In this document: piece after piece, positions 20,675 through 31,769 of the stretch
Numbering within the stretch: the stretch's first letter is position 1
Layout: each line of letters starts with the position of its first letter
Position numbers and translations under genes: made by a program
Notes under the pieces: model-generated
Seen by the model: the letters and a program-made list of their open reading frames with translations, nothing else
Told to the model about the DNA's origin: nothing
Databases searched by the model: none
Source of the DNA: Rickettsiales bacterium
GTDB lineage: Bacteria; Pseudomonadota; Alphaproteobacteria; Rickettsiales; UBA1997
Assembly: GCA_020054695.1 (NCBI GenBank)
Contig: JAHXBT010000038.1
Span: 18,343 to 66,660, forward strand
DNA: 48,318 bases
Direction of reading: 5' to 3'

Positions 20675-21285
20675 TGAGGTAAATTAGAGTTTCTAATGAT
20701 AAATTTATTAGAAGAAATTTTTGATCTAAAATCAGGATTTATGAATGAGATATCAGTAATTTGATCCAAATCATTTTTAACACGCATTTCTAGGAATGAT
20801 ATTGGGTTCTTATTAAAAATTAAATAAAATATTCCGGCTTCTTTGCGATTTTTTTTTCTAATAGATACGATGTATCTTTTACCATCATCTGTAAAATCTA
20901 GCAGTTCAATATCTTTGGCAGAAAATAATATATTCTTACGTGTTAAAAAAGATGCTGGCGTGCTACTAGTTGTAAATTGAGAATTTTCTTCCAACTCTAA
21001 GTCTAAATATGACAATATACTACCATTGACAACAATTAGGATAGGTATCTCTTTATCATATTCAATACGCATTTTACCAGGACGAGATAAATAAAATTTG
21101 CCGTAATTTACATCTCCTTCTGGTGAAGTTTGAATAAAATCAGAAGAAAGATATATTATTTGATTTAAATAATTTTCAATTTTTGCTAATTCTAACTTGT
21201 GTTTTTCTGATATGTTTTGTGCCATAGTGCTATTTGTAATAAAAAAATAGCAAATAAAATATATTATTATCTTAACTTTTAACAT
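20671..21285 (-). CDS. lolA: outer-membrane lipoprotein carrier LolA
   Basis: Signal peptide, DFIQ, GKFYLSRPGKMRIEY, STPASFL. Confidence 0.9.
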   Translation of the reverse strand: MLKVKIIIYFICYFFITNSTMAQNISEKHKLELAKIENYLNQIIYLSSDFIQTSPEGDVNYGKFYLSRPGKMRIEYDKEIPILIVVNGSILSYLDLELEENSQFTTSSTPASFLTRKNILFSAKDIELLDFTDDGKRYIVSIRKKNRKEAGIFYLIFNKNPISFLEMRVKNDLDQITDISFINPDFRSKISSNKFIIRNSNLPQ

Positions 21286-21446
21286 TTTATGATTAAAATT
21301 TTTTAAATTACCACTGTTAATAGCATTTTCAAATTGACATCATTTTTAGTATGAGGTCCAGTATAATATCCCTGTTAGGAATAAAAGTTTATCTTTTTTG
21401 TTCAAAACGGGGTTTTAAATTACTAAAAAATGCAAATAATATCATA

Positions 21447-22856
21447 ATGAATATATTACTCAATAACAGAATTTTAAAAATATTGTTTTCTATCATTTTA
21501 TTTTTATTACTTTTGAATTTGCCTAATAATAAGACATTTACACCAGAGATAATAAATGTAATTGCTGTTAGTGTTTTTATTTTTTCTTTATGGATTACAG
21601 AGGCTTTGCCAATTCCTGTTACTTCTCTCTTTCCGCTTTTTATGATGCCTTTATTTGGTATTATGGAAGTTGGCGATGTGTCAAAAAATTATGGTAACAA
21701 GATTATTTTCCTATTTTTAAGTGGTTTAATCTTGGCAATTGCTATTAGTAAATGGAATTTAAGCAAAAGAATTGCTCTTTATATTCTTAAATTTACTAGT
21801 AGATCAATTTCAGGAGTTATGCTTGGCTTTATGATTGCAACTGCTTTTTTGAGTATGTGGATTAGTAATACTGCTACAACTATGATGATGTTACCTATAG
21901 CAATGTCAGTTATTCATGTATTAAATAAACAAGATCAAAAATTTGATGTTTTTGCTAAATACCTCCTAATTGCTATTGCTTATTCTGCCTCAATTGGTGG
22001 TATGGCAACATTAATTGGTACGCCGCCAAATGCAATATTTGCATCTTACGCTAGTGAGTCGGTAAATTATGAATTTCAATTTATGGAATGGTTTAATATG
22101 TTCTTCCCGCTAGTTGTGATATTGATTTTATTAATGTGGCTTTATTTAAAAAACTTCATGGGGAAAATAAATGCTGATATGTCAGATACTCATAAATTTA
22201 TTAGTGAAGAATTTAAAAAATTAGGAAAAATCACTTACGAAGAAATTAATGTTTTGATTGTTTTTGCTATAATTGCTTGCGGTTGGATTTTTAAATCTTA
22301 TTTACCATTTAAAATACATGATGCTTCAATCGGTATCATGGGAATTAGTTTGTTATTTGCGTTACCTAACAAAAAAAGAGATGATGCAATTTTAAATTGG
22401 GAAGATGCAAGAGAGATTTCTTGGGGTACTTTACTTTTGTTTGGTGGAGGTATTTCAATTGCTAAAGCCCTGGAATCTTCTGGTATTATTACTATTTTGG
22501 GTGATTATATTTCAATATGGTCTGGGGGTAGTGTTTTAATTGCTATCATCATAGCTTTGTTTTTAACAATATATTTAACAGAATTTATTGGTAATGCTGC
22601 TTTAATTGCGATTATGATTCCAATTTTAGTTGAAATTGGTTTAAATATGTCTGGAGTTGAAGGACAATTTGATATTGTTTTACCGGCTGTTATTGCCTGC
22701 TCTTGTGCCTTTATGCTACCTATGTCAACGCCGCCAAATGCTATTATTTTCTCAAGTAAATTAATAAAAATTAGCGAAATGGCAAAGGTTGGATTTCTGG
22801 CAAATTTATTTGTAGGACTTGTTGTGCTAGGATATTTTAGATTATTTATTAGTTAG
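21447..22856 (+). CDS. SLC13/DASS family sodium:dicarboxylate/anion symporter
   Basis: WITEALPIPVTSL, LSMWISNTAT, GGMATLIGTPPN, FMLPMSTPPNA. Likely start is the ATG at 21447; the ORF is open from 21351. Confidence 0.92.
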   Translation: MNILLNNRILKILFSIILFLLLLNLPNNKTFTPEIINVIAVSVFIFSLWITEALPIPVTSLFPLFMMPLFGIMEVGDVSKNYGNKIIFLFLSGLILAIAISKWNLSKRIALYILKFTSRSISGVMLGFMIATAFLSMWISNTATTMMMLPIAMSVIHVLNKQDQKFDVFAKYLLIAIAYSASIGGMATLIGTPPNAIFASYASESVNYEFQFMEWFNMFFPLVVILILLMWLYLKNFMGKINADMSDTHKFISEEFKKLGKITYEEINVLIVFAIIACGWIFKSYLPFKIHDASIGIMGISLLFALPNKKRDDAILNWEDAREISWGTLLLFGGGISIAKALESSGIITILGDYISIWSGGSVLIAIIIALFLTIYLTEFIGNAALIAIMIPILVEIGLNMSGVEGQFDIVLPAVIACSCAFMLPMSTPPNAIIFSSKLIKISEMAKVGFLANLFVGLVVLGYFRLFIS

Positions 22857-22878
22857 CTAACTTCTTGTAATAATTATT

Positions 22879-23643
22879 TTGACAAATTATAAAATTCTTC
22901 TACCTCCATCAGAAGGTAAATTAGCAGGAGGAGAGAAAAAATATATTACAGTAAAAAAACAAAATTCTTTTAATTTTTTAGAAAAAGGTAGGGATTATTT
23001 GTTACAAAAATTACTGGAATTTATTTCTAATGCTGATGATAAGAATTTAGAAAAATTATTTTCTGTTAAAACCAATCTTAATCAAATTATTGATCTCTTA
23101 GAAGATTTTGATCAAAAATTAACTTTGCCAGCAATTGAAAGATATTCTGGTGTGATGTTTAATGCTATTAATTATCAAACTCTTGATCAAAAGCAAAAAA
23201 AGAATGCTAATGAAGCAATTTTATTTATTGATGGTTTATTTGGTTTATTAAAATCTGGGGATTTAATTCCAAATTATAAGTTATCAATTTCGGCAAAATT
23301 TTCTAATATTAAAATTGATAATTATTGGAAAAATATTCTTAAAAAAACTTTAGAAACTGAATTTCAAGATAAAGTTATCCTAGATATTTTGCCTCAAGCT
23401 CATAGAAAGGCTACCGATATCCAAAATAATAATATTTATTTAATTAATTTTTTTGAAATAAAAAATGGTAAAGCAAAAAACGCTGGTCATATTTCTAAAA
23501 AATTAAAAGGTGAATTTATTCGCTATATTTTATCTTTTGATGAAATAAATCTTGAAATCTTATATAATTTCTCGCATTCTCAAGGTTACAAATATTCTGA
23601 AGAGTTATCTTCAGAAAAAGAAGTAATTTTTTTAAAATCTTAA
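22879..23643 (+). CDS. yaaA: YaaA (DUF328) peroxide-stress protein
   Basis: ILLPPSEGK, PAIERYSGVMF, GLFGLL..D.IPNYKL, SKKLKGEF. TTG start. Confidence 0.88.
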   Translation: MTNYKILLPPSEGKLAGGEKKYITVKKQNSFNFLEKGRDYLLQKLLEFISNADDKNLEKLFSVKTNLNQIIDLLEDFDQKLTLPAIERYSGVMFNAINYQTLDQKQKKNANEAILFIDGLFGLLKSGDLIPNYKLSISAKFSNIKIDNYWKNILKKTLETEFQDKVILDILPQAHRKATDIQNNNIYLINFFEIKNGKAKNAGHISKKLKGEFIRYILSFDEINLEILYNFSHSQGYKYSEELSSEKEVIFLKS

Positions 23644-23652
23644 TTTTTTAAT

Positions 23653-23871
23653 ATGCCGAAGGATGATCTTTTAACAATTAACGGAGTTGTAACTGAAGTT
23701 TTACCAAATACAATATTTAGAGTTACTCTGGAAAATAACTTTATTATTACAGCACATGCTTCCGGTAAAATTCGTAAGAATAAAATTAGAATTTTAAAAG
23801 GTGATAAGGTTGAGGTAGAAATGACAACTTATGATTTGACTAAGGGACGTATAATTAAAAGAATTGGCTAG
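23653..23871 (+). CDS. infA: translation initiation factor IF-1
   Basis: [43 protein letters not shown]. Confidence 0.97.
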   Translation: MPKDDLLTINGVVTEVLPNTIFRVTLENNFIITAHASGKIRKNKIRILKGDKVEVEMTTYDLTKGRIIKRIG

Positions 23872-23900
23872 ATTGCTTAACTAGTTAACTTTCTTTGATA

Positions 23901-23940
23901 TTTTAAAACCAAACAACCTAATTGGAGATTGGTTTTGAAG
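23901..23940 (+). terminator. possible terminator hairpin after infA
   Basis: AAAACCAA (23905-23912) pairs with TTGGTTTT (23929-23936) and can be extended with G-U pairs. There is no clear downstream U-tract. Confidence 0.3.
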
Positions 23941-24098
23941 CAAATTATGTAATAATTTTATTTAGCTAAAATTATTTGAGTTAAGAAATTTAATTGTTAT
24001 TATGCTAGTATAATGGGCGTTGTTTAAATTGAATTTGATCTTTAATCATTTTAGTGGGGTAATAATTTTCATAAAATAATATTATAAAATTAAAAATT

Positions 24099-24434
24099 AT
24101 GACTGATTGTCTTTATATGGATGAAACAGATTTTGAAGTTTTTGCAGAAAAAATCCTTTTAAAAATATCTGACTATATTGAAGATAATGATGAAGATTCA
24201 ATTTTTGAGGTAGATTATCTTGATGGTATTTTGGATATTAAGATTTTTGCAACGGGACAAAAATATATCATCAACAAACACCGCGCTAGTCAAAAAATCT
24301 GGTATTCTTCTCCAAATACAGGAGCCAAATATTTTTCTTACGATATTAACTCAAAAGAATGGTGTGATAAGAATGATGAATTATGGCAATATCTTTTTTC
24401 TGAATTACAAAAATTCCATAATTTTATTCAATAA
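24099..24434 (+). CDS. cyaY: frataxin-like iron donor CyaY
   Basis: Acidic N-terminus, [26 protein letters not shown]. Confidence 0.9.
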   Translation: MTDCLYMDETDFEVFAEKILLKISDYIEDNDEDSIFEVDYLDGILDIKIFATGQKYIINKHRASQKIWYSSPNTGAKYFSYDINSKEWCDKNDELWQYLFSELQKFHNFIQ

Positions 24435-24446
24435 TTGACGAGGATA

Positions 24447-24474
24447 TTGACTTCTTTTCCTTTTGTCTTACAAT
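24447..24474 (+). promoter_or_regulatory. putative sigma70 promoter of leuC
   Basis: TTGACT (24447-24452), 16-nt spacer, TACAAT (24469-24474). Confidence 0.5.
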
Positions 24475-24505
24475 CTTTTTAAAATTTAATAATTTAATAA
24501 TTCAA

Positions 24506-25933
24506 ATGACAGGAAAAACACTTTACGATAAAATTTGGGACTCACATTTAGTAAATTCAGATTCTAATTCTAGTTTAATTTATATTGATAGGCAGTTAAT
24601 TCACGAAGTTACTTCACCTCAAGCTTTCGAAGGGTTAAGAATGAATAACCGTAAAGTTCGTAATCCTAATTTTCATTTAGCAGTTGCTGATCATAATGTA
24701 CCAACTACCAGAGAAAACCGTGGTAATGGTGTTGAAGGTGTTTTAGATCTGGTTTCTAAAACTCAAATTCAAACTTTAGAAAATAATTGCAAAGAGTTTG
24801 GTATTAAATATTTCGATCTTGATGATGAAAAGCAAGGTATTGTACATATTGTTGGGCCAGAGCAAGGATTTACTCAACCAGGTATGACAATTGTTTGTGG
24901 TGATAGCCACACTGCAACTCACGGCGCTTTTGGTGCTTTGGCTTTTGGTGTTGGTACTAGTGAGGTTGAACATGTTTTATCAACTCAAACTTTACCACAA
25001 CAAAAATCTAAAAATCTTTTAGTACAAATTGATGGTAAGTTAAGTGAATATGTTGCAGCTAAAGATGTTGCCTTGGCAATTATTGCTAAAATTGGAACTG
25101 CTGGTGGAACTGGTTATGTTATTGAATATAGCGGAGAAGTTATTAAAAATCTTTCTATGGAAGGGAGAATGACTATTTGCAATATGACTATTGAAGCTGG
25201 GGCGCGTTCTGGTTTGATTGCCCCGGATAAAAAAACTTTTGAGTATCTAAAAGATCGTCCTTTTGCTCCAAAGGGGGAGAAGTTTAATCAAGCTGCTTCT
25301 CATTGGAAGTCTTTAATTTCTGATTCAGATGCCAAATATGATAAAATTGTTACTTTAAATGCTGATAACATTGAACCTTTTGTCACTTGGGGTACTAGCC
25401 CGGAAGATGCCTTGCCAATCTCAGCCTCTATTCCTTCCCCTGAAGATTTTGATAACCTAAAAGGTGGTGCAGTAAAAAGATCTTTAGAATATATGGGTTT
25501 AACTTCCGGTACTAAATTAGAAGATATTGTAATTGATAAAATATTTATTGGTTCTTGTACTAATGGGCGTATTGAAGATCTACGAGCTGCCGCTAAAATT
25601 GCTCAAGATAACAAAATTGCTAAAAATATTAAATTAGCAATGGTTGTTCCGGGTTCAGGTCTGGTTAAAAAACAGGCTGAGTTAGAAGGTTTAGATAAAA
25701 TATTTATTGATGCTGGTTTTGAGTGGAGAGAGCCTGGTTGTTCCATGTGTTTAGCTATGAACGCTGATCAATTAAAATCTGGCGAAAGATGCGCTTCTAC
25801 TTCTAACAGAAATTTTGAGGGTAGGCAAGGTCGTGGTGGTAGAACTCACTTAGTAAGCCCACAAATGGCAGTAGCAGCAGCTATTAATGGTAAATTAACC
25901 GATATTAGAAAAACAAAAATTTTACACAATTAA
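24506..25933 (+). CDS. leuC: 3-isopropylmalate dehydratase large subunit
   Basis: [43 protein letters not shown]. Confidence 0.98.
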   Translation: MTGKTLYDKIWDSHLVNSDSNSSLIYIDRQLIHEVTSPQAFEGLRMNNRKVRNPNFHLAVADHNVPTTRENRGNGVEGVLDLVSKTQIQTLENNCKEFGIKYFDLDDEKQGIVHIVGPEQGFTQPGMTIVCGDSHTATHGAFGALAFGVGTSEVEHVLSTQTLPQQKSKNLLVQIDGKLSEYVAAKDVALAIIAKIGTAGGTGYVIEYSGEVIKNLSMEGRMTICNMTIEAGARSGLIAPDKKTFEYLKDRPFAPKGEKFNQAASHWKSLISDSDAKYDKIVTLNADNIEPFVTWGTSPEDALPISASIPSPEDFDNLKGGAVKRSLEYMGLTSGTKLEDIVIDKIFIGSCTNGRIEDLRAAAKIAQDNKIAKNIKLAMVVPGSGLVKKQAELEGLDKIFIDAGFEWREPGCSMCLAMNADQLKSGERCASTSNRNFEGRQGRGGRTHLVSPQMAVAAAINGKLTDIRKTKILHN

Positions 25934-26078
25934 TTTTCTAATCAAATCAGGTTGTTTTTACTTATGAATTAATTGCAAATTACTCAGAATTTTTTTAAAA
26001 TCCTCTTGTCATTTGTGTCAAAATTTGGCAATTTTAGACTAATATAGGAATGTTGTACCAAAAAATTATTTACAAAAT

Positions 26079-26777
26079 ATGTCATTAATTGATTCAGATG
26101 AAAATAAAGAAAAAATATTAAAAAAATTTTTTGAAATTTCTGCAATTGAAGGTTGCAGTAACGAAATATTGCAGAGATCAGTAATTGAGTCTGGATTTGA
26201 ATCAAGGTTAAAGGATATTTTATTTGACAATGGCTTGCTTGATTTGTTTATTTTTGCCAATGATATTTTAAATAAAGATGTCATAAAAGAAATTAAGATG
26301 ATTGACATTTCTAATTTGGGTGTTTCAACAAAAATTCGTAAATTGATGGAGATTAGGTTAGGGTTGATTTCTAAAAATTATGATAGTTTTCGTCAAATTA
26401 TATTTTATTTAAAGAATAATCCAAAAACTATTACTTTTTCAGTAAAAACATCATATGAATTTTCTGATTTAGTATGGTATGAAATTGGTGATAAATCTAC
26501 TGATTATAATTTTTATACAAAAAGAATTCTGTTATCTAAAATATATTTAAGAACTTTGCTATATTTTTCTAAAAATAACTCAATTGATAAGAGTTTGTTA
26601 TATTTTGATAGTCAAATTAAAAATATTATGAAATTTGCTAAAGTTAAATCTAATATATCTAATATTGTAAAAGATTTATCTAATAATAATTGTGATAATA
26701 ATTTTACAAGTAGTGGGTATTTTCTTAAGAAACAATTATTAAAATTACCTTTTATAAGATTGTATAATGATAGATAG
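26079..26777 (+). CDS. COQ9 / rpsU-divergently-transcribed family protein
   Basis: SDLVWYEIGDKSTDYNFYTKRILLSKIY signature. Confidence 0.88.
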   Translation: MSLIDSDENKEKILKKFFEISAIEGCSNEILQRSVIESGFESRLKDILFDNGLLDLFIFANDILNKDVIKEIKMIDISNLGVSTKIRKLMEIRLGLISKNYDSFRQIIFYLKNNPKTITFSVKTSYEFSDLVWYEIGDKSTDYNFYTKRILLSKIYLRTLLYFSKNNSIDKSLLYFDSQIKNIMKFAKVKSNISNIVKDLSNNNCDNNFTSSGYFLKKQLLKLPFIRLYNDR

Positions 26778-27513
26778 TTCTTTTGATATAATTGTTGGAA
26801 CAATATTATTAATAATAGTCCTTTTTTCTTTTTTAAAAGGGTTTTCTAAAGATTTTTCTTCTACCCTATGTTGGGTTTCTTCTCTTTTAATTTCTTATAA
26901 ATTTTCTCCAATATTATCTCATGTTTTTATAGGTCATGTTAACCCTCTTTTGGTTGGTGTTGCATCACATGCTATAATTTTTATTTCATCAATTATTATT
27001 ATTTATATATTAATTTCTAAATTAGTTAGGCCTTTGCTAGATAAAATTCCTAGTGTCATTAATCAATCTCTTGGTTTATTTTTTGGTGTATTTAAAGCTT
27101 ATATTATATTATCTATTATGTTAGCCGTGTTGTTGAATGTTTCTAGCAGTAAAATATTTAATATTAATCAATTGAATAATGAAGTTACGACTGGGAAAGT
27201 ATTAAGTTTTGTTAAAAATTCTAAATTTTATCCAATTTTAGAATTTGGTGCGTTAAAATTATCTTCTTTCCTTGACGATTCATTGCCTGGCATGATTAGA
27301 TCTAGTCAGTCTATCGAAAGTATTAAAAAATATAATAGTCAGAAGAAAACAATAAGTAAAAAATTATTAATTAAAAAGGATGCAGAAGAATCTGGTGGTT
27401 ATGAATCTAATGAAATCAGAAAGATGGAAAGACTAATCAAGGTAATAAATAGTGTTAATTATAAGAGTGATATTGACAATAATCCCGATCAATCTACTAT
27501 TAAAAAATATTAG
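26767..27513 (+). CDS. cvpA: CvpA (colicin V production) family membrane protein
   Basis: D..-SFLKGFSKD N-terminal helix, NQSLGLFFGVFKA, SKFYP. Confidence 0.82.
   Translation: MIDSSFDIIVGTILLIIVLFSFLKGFSKDFSSTLCWVSSLLISYKFSPILSHVFIGHVNPLLVGVASHAIIFISSIIIIYILISKLVRPLLDKIPSVINQSLGLFFGVFKAYIILSIMLAVLLNVSSSKIFNINQLNNEVTTGKVLSFVKNSKFYPILEFGALKLSSFLDDSLPGMIRSSQSIESIKKYNSQKKTISKKLLIKKDAEESGGYESNEIRKMERLIKVINSVNYKSDIDNNPDQSTIKKY
27473..27500 (+). promoter_or_regulatory. putative sigma70 promoter for fabG inside the cvpA 3' end
   Basis: TTGACA (27473-27478), 16-nt spacer, TACTAT (27495-27500). Confidence 0.4.
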
Positions 27514-27568
27514 GAATTTTCAAGAAGAGTTAAGTAAAATTAATTTTTTAAATTTTAATTAATCATAT

Positions 27569-28306
27569 ATGTTTGATTTAGAAGGTAAAAATGCTTTAAT
27601 TACAGGGGCAAGTGGTGGTATTGGTGGTGCAATTGCTAAACATTTAAGTAAAGCTGGTGCTAATATAGTTATTTCTGGAACCAGAGAAGAAAAATTACAA
27701 AATTTAAAATCAGAAATTTCTGGTCAATGCAAAATATTACCATGTGACTTGTCTGATTTGGATCAGGTTGAAAATTTATTTTTTAAAGCTGAAGAATTTT
27801 TTGGCACTATTGACATCCTTGTTTGTAATGCTGGCATTACTAAAGATAATTTAATTATGAGAATGAAAAATAAAGATTGGGATGATGTTTTAAACATTAA
27901 TCTTAAATCTACTTTTATTCTTAATAAAAATGCTACGACTAAAATGATTAGAAGAAAATTTGGTAGAATTATTAATATTTCTTCTGTTGTTGGCGTCTCT
28001 GGCAATCCTGGTCAGGCCAATTATTGTGCATCCAAAGCTGGTATGATTGGGATGGGAAAATCAATTGCGATGGATGTTGCTAAAAGAGGTGTAACCATTA
28101 ATTGTGTGGCTCCCGGTTTTATTGCAACCGACATGACAGACGCTCTTGATGATAAACAAAAGGAAGCAATTAATGGAAAAATTCCTGCTGGTAAAATGGG
28201 TTCAGTGGATGATATTGCGGCAGCAGTTTGTTATTTGGCAAGTGATGAGTCTGGATATGTAACTGGTCAGACTCTACACATTAATGGTGGAATGCTCATG
28301 GTTTAA
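27569..28306 (+). CDS. fabG: 3-oxoacyl-ACP reductase
   Basis: TGASGGIG, NAGITKD, GNPGQANYCASK, GQTLHINGGMLM. Confidence 0.95.
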   Translation: MFDLEGKNALITGASGGIGGAIAKHLSKAGANIVISGTREEKLQNLKSEISGQCKILPCDLSDLDQVENLFFKAEEFFGTIDILVCNAGITKDNLIMRMKNKDWDDVLNINLKSTFILNKNATTKMIRRKFGRIINISSVVGVSGNPGQANYCASKAGMIGMGKSIAMDVAKRGVTINCVAPGFIATDMTDALDDKQKEAINGKIPAGKMGSVDDIAAAVCYLASDESGYVTGQTLHINGGMLMV

Positions 28307-28328
28307 AAATTATTTTTTTAATATTATC

Positions 28329-28952
28329 ATGTTAAAATCTTTATCTAAATCACTACTTATAATTATTATTTTGTTTGCTAATTTATCATTTGCAAATTTA
28401 GTTTCTTACAAAGACTTGCCATCAGGAACCTATCAGTTAGACAAAACTCATGCTAGTATTGTTTGGCAAGTATCTCATTTGGGTCTTTCTGATTATACAG
28501 TTAGATTTTCTGATTTTGATGCTAAGATAGAATTTGATGCTAAAAATCCAACTAAGAGTCAAGTTACTGCTGAGATTAACACTTTTTCAATTAAAACTGA
28601 ATACCCATATCCAGAAAAAAAAGATTTTGATAAAAAATTACAAGGAAATGATTGGTTCAATAGTGATGAATTCCCAAAAATTACATTTAAATCTAAGGAA
28701 GTTAAATTAATTGACGATAAGAACGGCATAATGCTAGGTGATTTAACATTTTTAGGAGTAACAAAAGAAATAAAAATGAATGTAATTTTTAACGGTGCAA
28801 TGAAGAGACAACCTTTTACAAAAAAACCAACTCTAGGATTCAAAGCGACAAGTTATATCAGCAGATCTGATTGGGGAATGGATATTTATATACCTAATAT
28901 TGCAGATCAGGTAAAAATTACCTTTGATGGAGAGTTTACTATGAAGTATTGA
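28329..28952 (+). CDS. YceI-family periplasmic polyisoprenoid-binding protein
   Basis: Signal peptide from the ATG at 28329, YQLDKTHAS, SHLGLS, DWFNSDEFPKITF, GDLTFLGVTK, RSDWGM. Confidence 0.92.
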   Translation: MLKSLSKSLLIIIILFANLSFANLVSYKDLPSGTYQLDKTHASIVWQVSHLGLSDYTVRFSDFDAKIEFDAKNPTKSQVTAEINTFSIKTEYPYPEKKDFDKKLQGNDWFNSDEFPKITFKSKEVKLIDDKNGIMLGDLTFLGVTKEIKMNVIFNGAMKRQPFTKKPTLGFKATSYISRSDWGMDIYIPNIADQVKITFDGEFTMKY

Positions 28953-29349
28953 CTTGTTTTAAACTTCATATAGATACCTAACTTTTATTGTTATATGTGC
29001 CGTAAAAGATATTCTAAAACTATATCCTTTGGGGTTTAAACAAGTTCTGATAAATTAGTAATTCTAATTAATTCAAGGTTGCAAGAGAAGATACTGCTAC
29101 CTATGAGAGCATAATTGACTGTAAAACAAAGATTACTATAAGAACGTTTTTTTACTTCTTTCAGTTTATCAATATATTATTATCTAATAATATGTTCAAC
29201 TTTCTTTACATTCAAGATTACAACTATAGCTACAATTAGAAAAGTGTGATAACAGCATTTATTGGGTCTATTGGTTCAAAATCAAAATTTAGGTAATCCA
29301 TTAGTAAAATGGAATTAACAGTATTCTGTTTTGGCAGAAATAAATAACG

Positions 29350-29369
29350 ATCATCAAATTTATGATGAT
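29350..29369. promoter_or_regulatory. palindrome upstream of the cytochrome b561 gene (possible operator)
   Basis: ATCATCA-N6-TGATGAT perfect inverted repeat, 17 nt before the ATG at 29387. Confidence 0.3.
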
Positions 29370-29386
29370 TATAAATTACGGTAATT

Positions 29387-29941
29387 ATGTTACAAAAAAA
29401 TCATTACCATAAATCAATTATTTTATTACATTGGGTAATGGCATTATCAATATTTTTAATGCGAATTAGCGGCACAATTATGGAATATGCTACCCTTACC
29501 AAATCTGTAAAATTTATGGTCTATCAATATCGAAAATCTCTAGGTGCTCTATTATTAATTTCTCGTTTTATTCGTATTTTTTGCCGTATTTTTACCCATA
29601 TACCACCTTTACCTAAAAAATTTTCTGGATTAGGTATAAAATTAGCTAGATTAGGTCATTATTTGTTATATTTTTTAATTTTTATTATGGTTTTTTCTGG
29701 TTGGCTTATTGTCTCTACTAGTTCATCTGGCTTACCTACTATTGTCTTTGGTCTTTTTGAATTTCCACATATTCCAAATTTAGCAGGAGAGAGAAGATTG
29801 CATAAATTAGCAGAATTGATCCATTTAATTGCTGCAATTTGCTTATTTTTAGCAATTGTTGGACATATTTTAGCTGTCATAAAACATAAAATAATTGATA
29901 AGCAAAATTTATTGAAAAGAATGTGGTTTACAGACAAATAA
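29387..29941 (+). CDS. cytochrome b561 (CybB/YceJ family), possibly degenerate
   Basis: LLHWVMA, (H>R)KSLG, GHYLLY, SGW, ELIH, GHILAVIKH, LLKRM. Flanked by yceI genes. Confidence 0.88.
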   Translation: MLQKNHYHKSIILLHWVMALSIFLMRISGTIMEYATLTKSVKFMVYQYRKSLGALLLISRFIRIFCRIFTHIPPLPKKFSGLGIKLARLGHYLLYFLIFIMVFSGWLIVSTSSSGLPTIVFGLFEFPHIPNLAGERRLHKLAELIHLIAAICLFLAIVGHILAVIKHKIIDKQNLLKRMWFTDK

Positions 29942-30069
29942 TATATTAATCATTGATATGAAGAAAGGTGATAATGAAGTATAAAATGAAGTAAAATGCC
30001 AACATATATCACAACTATTGAATATAAAAAAAATTATTCAAATAAAAGTAAAACTTGTAATATTTTATT

Positions 30070-30646
30070 ATGATAATGTTAAGAACCTTTAGGATTACTA
30101 TATTTTTTATTATTTATAATACAGTTATTATTAATGATTTATATTCGAAAGAATATAAAATAAATCAAAAAGAAAGTTCAGTTACTTTTTCTGCTACCCA
30201 TGCTGACAATAAATTTGTGGGTCAAATTAATAATTATCAGGCAGAGATATTTTTTGATCAAAATAATTTATCAAATAGTAAAATTAATATTATTTTTGCT
30301 ATGGATAGTTTTAAAACTGGTAATAATATGTATGATAAAGCCTTGCCAACAATGGATTGGTTTAATATTAAAAATTATCCTGAAAGCTACTTTAACTCAT
30401 CAAAAATTATTCAAAAATCAGATGGTAATTTTCAAATATTTGGCGATTTAACTATTAAAAATATTACTAAAAAAAATAAGTTTTGATTTTAAATTACAAG
30501 ATTTTAAAAAAAACTTGGTTAATGTTATTTCTAATTTTACAATTAATCGTTTAGATTTTAAGATTGGACAAGAATCTGACTTTTCTGGACAATGGGTTGA
30601 TCTACAAATTAAAATCAATCTAAATTTAATAGCTAAGGGTGAATAG
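30070..30646 (+). pseudogene. second YceI-family gene, frameshifted in an A8 run
   Basis: ORF 30070-30486 has DWFNIKNYPES and GDLTIKNITK, then stops. Removing one A from the run at 30469-30476 continues it as ISFDFKL...FTINRLDFKIGQESDFSGQWVDLQIKINLNLIAKGE* (stop at 30646), a normal YceI C-terminus. Confidence 0.85.
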
Positions 30647-31769
30647 AAAATCTCTTTATATTTATGGATCTACCGGTTCTATTGGCCAAAATACACTGGA
30701 AGTTGTTCGTCAAAACCATGACTTATATTCTGTCGATGCTTTAATTGCTGGGGATAATTATCAATCATTGGTTTTGCAGGCTAAAGAATTTCAACCAAAA
30801 TTTATTGGTATTTCTAACGAACAGCATTATAAAACATTAAAAAATGAATTGCCAAATTGCCATATTGTTGCAGGTGAAGAAGAAATTAATAATTTAGCAA
30901 AAAATAAATGCGATTTGTTTCTTTCCGCAATTGTTGGTATTAAAGCCTTAATACCAACTTTAAATGCTATTAGGGCAGGATCAAATATTGCTATTGCCAA
31001 TAAAGAATGTTTGGTTTCGGCCGGCAAAATTATTATGGATGAGGTGGTAAAAAATAATATTAAATTGATTCCAATTGATTCTGAACATAATGCAATTTAC
31101 CAGATTTTTGAATATGATAATTTAGACTTAATTGATAAGATTACTTTAACAGCTTCCGGAGGACCTTTTTTATATAAATCTTTAGATCAATTACAAAATG
31201 TTACTATTAAGGAGGCGGTAAATCATCCTAATTGGTCAATGGGTCAAAAAATATCGGTTGATTCAGCAACTATGATAAATAAGGGGCTAGAAGTAATTGA
31301 AGCTGCTATGTTATTTCCAGTAAAAAATAATCAGATTAATGTTTTAATTCATCCAGAATCAATAATTCATGGTTTAGTTTCTTATAACGATGGCGCAACA
31401 CTTGCGATGATGAACCCTCCTGATATGAAAGTACCAATTTCTTATGCTTTAAAAATTAAAAATAGATTGCAAATTAATCATAAAACATTAGATTTGGCCG
31501 AAATTTCTAAATTAAATTTTTTTAAACCAGATTTTACAAGATTTAAATCTCTAAAATTATCTTTTGATGCTTTAAAAGAAGGTGGTAATAAGTTGCCTAT
31601 TTTAAACGCTGCTAATGAAATTGCCGTATCAAAATTCTTACAGGGAGAAATAAAATTTTTAGATATTATAAATTTAGTTGAAGAAATTTTAAATAAAATT
31701 CCTTATCAAAATGTTGATTCTATAGAAGATGTTTTGTATTTTGATAGTAAGGTAAGAAAAATGTTATGA
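30639..31769 (+). CDS. dxr: 1-deoxy-D-xylulose-5-phosphate reductoisomerase
   Basis: GSTGSIG, ANKE, PIDSEH, TASGGPF, HPNWSMGQKISVDSATMINKGLE, NAANE. Confidence 0.97.
   Translation: MNRKSLYIYGSTGSIGQNTLEVVRQNHDLYSVDALIAGDNYQSLVLQAKEFQPKFIGISNEQHYKTLKNELPNCHIVAGEEEINNLAKNKCDLFLSAIVGIKALIPTLNAIRAGSNIAIANKECLVSAGKIIMDEVVKNNIKLIPIDSEHNAIYQIFEYDNLDLIDKITLTASGGPFLYKSLDQLQNVTIKEAVNHPNWSMGQKISVDSATMINKGLEVIEAAMLFPVKNNQINVLIHPESIIHGLVSYNDGATLAMMNPPDMKVPISYALKIKNRLQINHKTLDLAEISKLNFFKPDFTRFKSLKLSFDALKEGGNKLPILNAANEIAVSKFLQGEIKFLDIINLVEEILNKIPYQNVDSIEDVLYFDSKVRKML

Noticed and set aside
28953-29386. Long spacer between yceI and cytochrome b561 with stop-poor stretches on both strands
   Set aside because: No convincing start, no recognisable homology and no terminal repeats, so I cannot support a gene, pseudogene or IS call.
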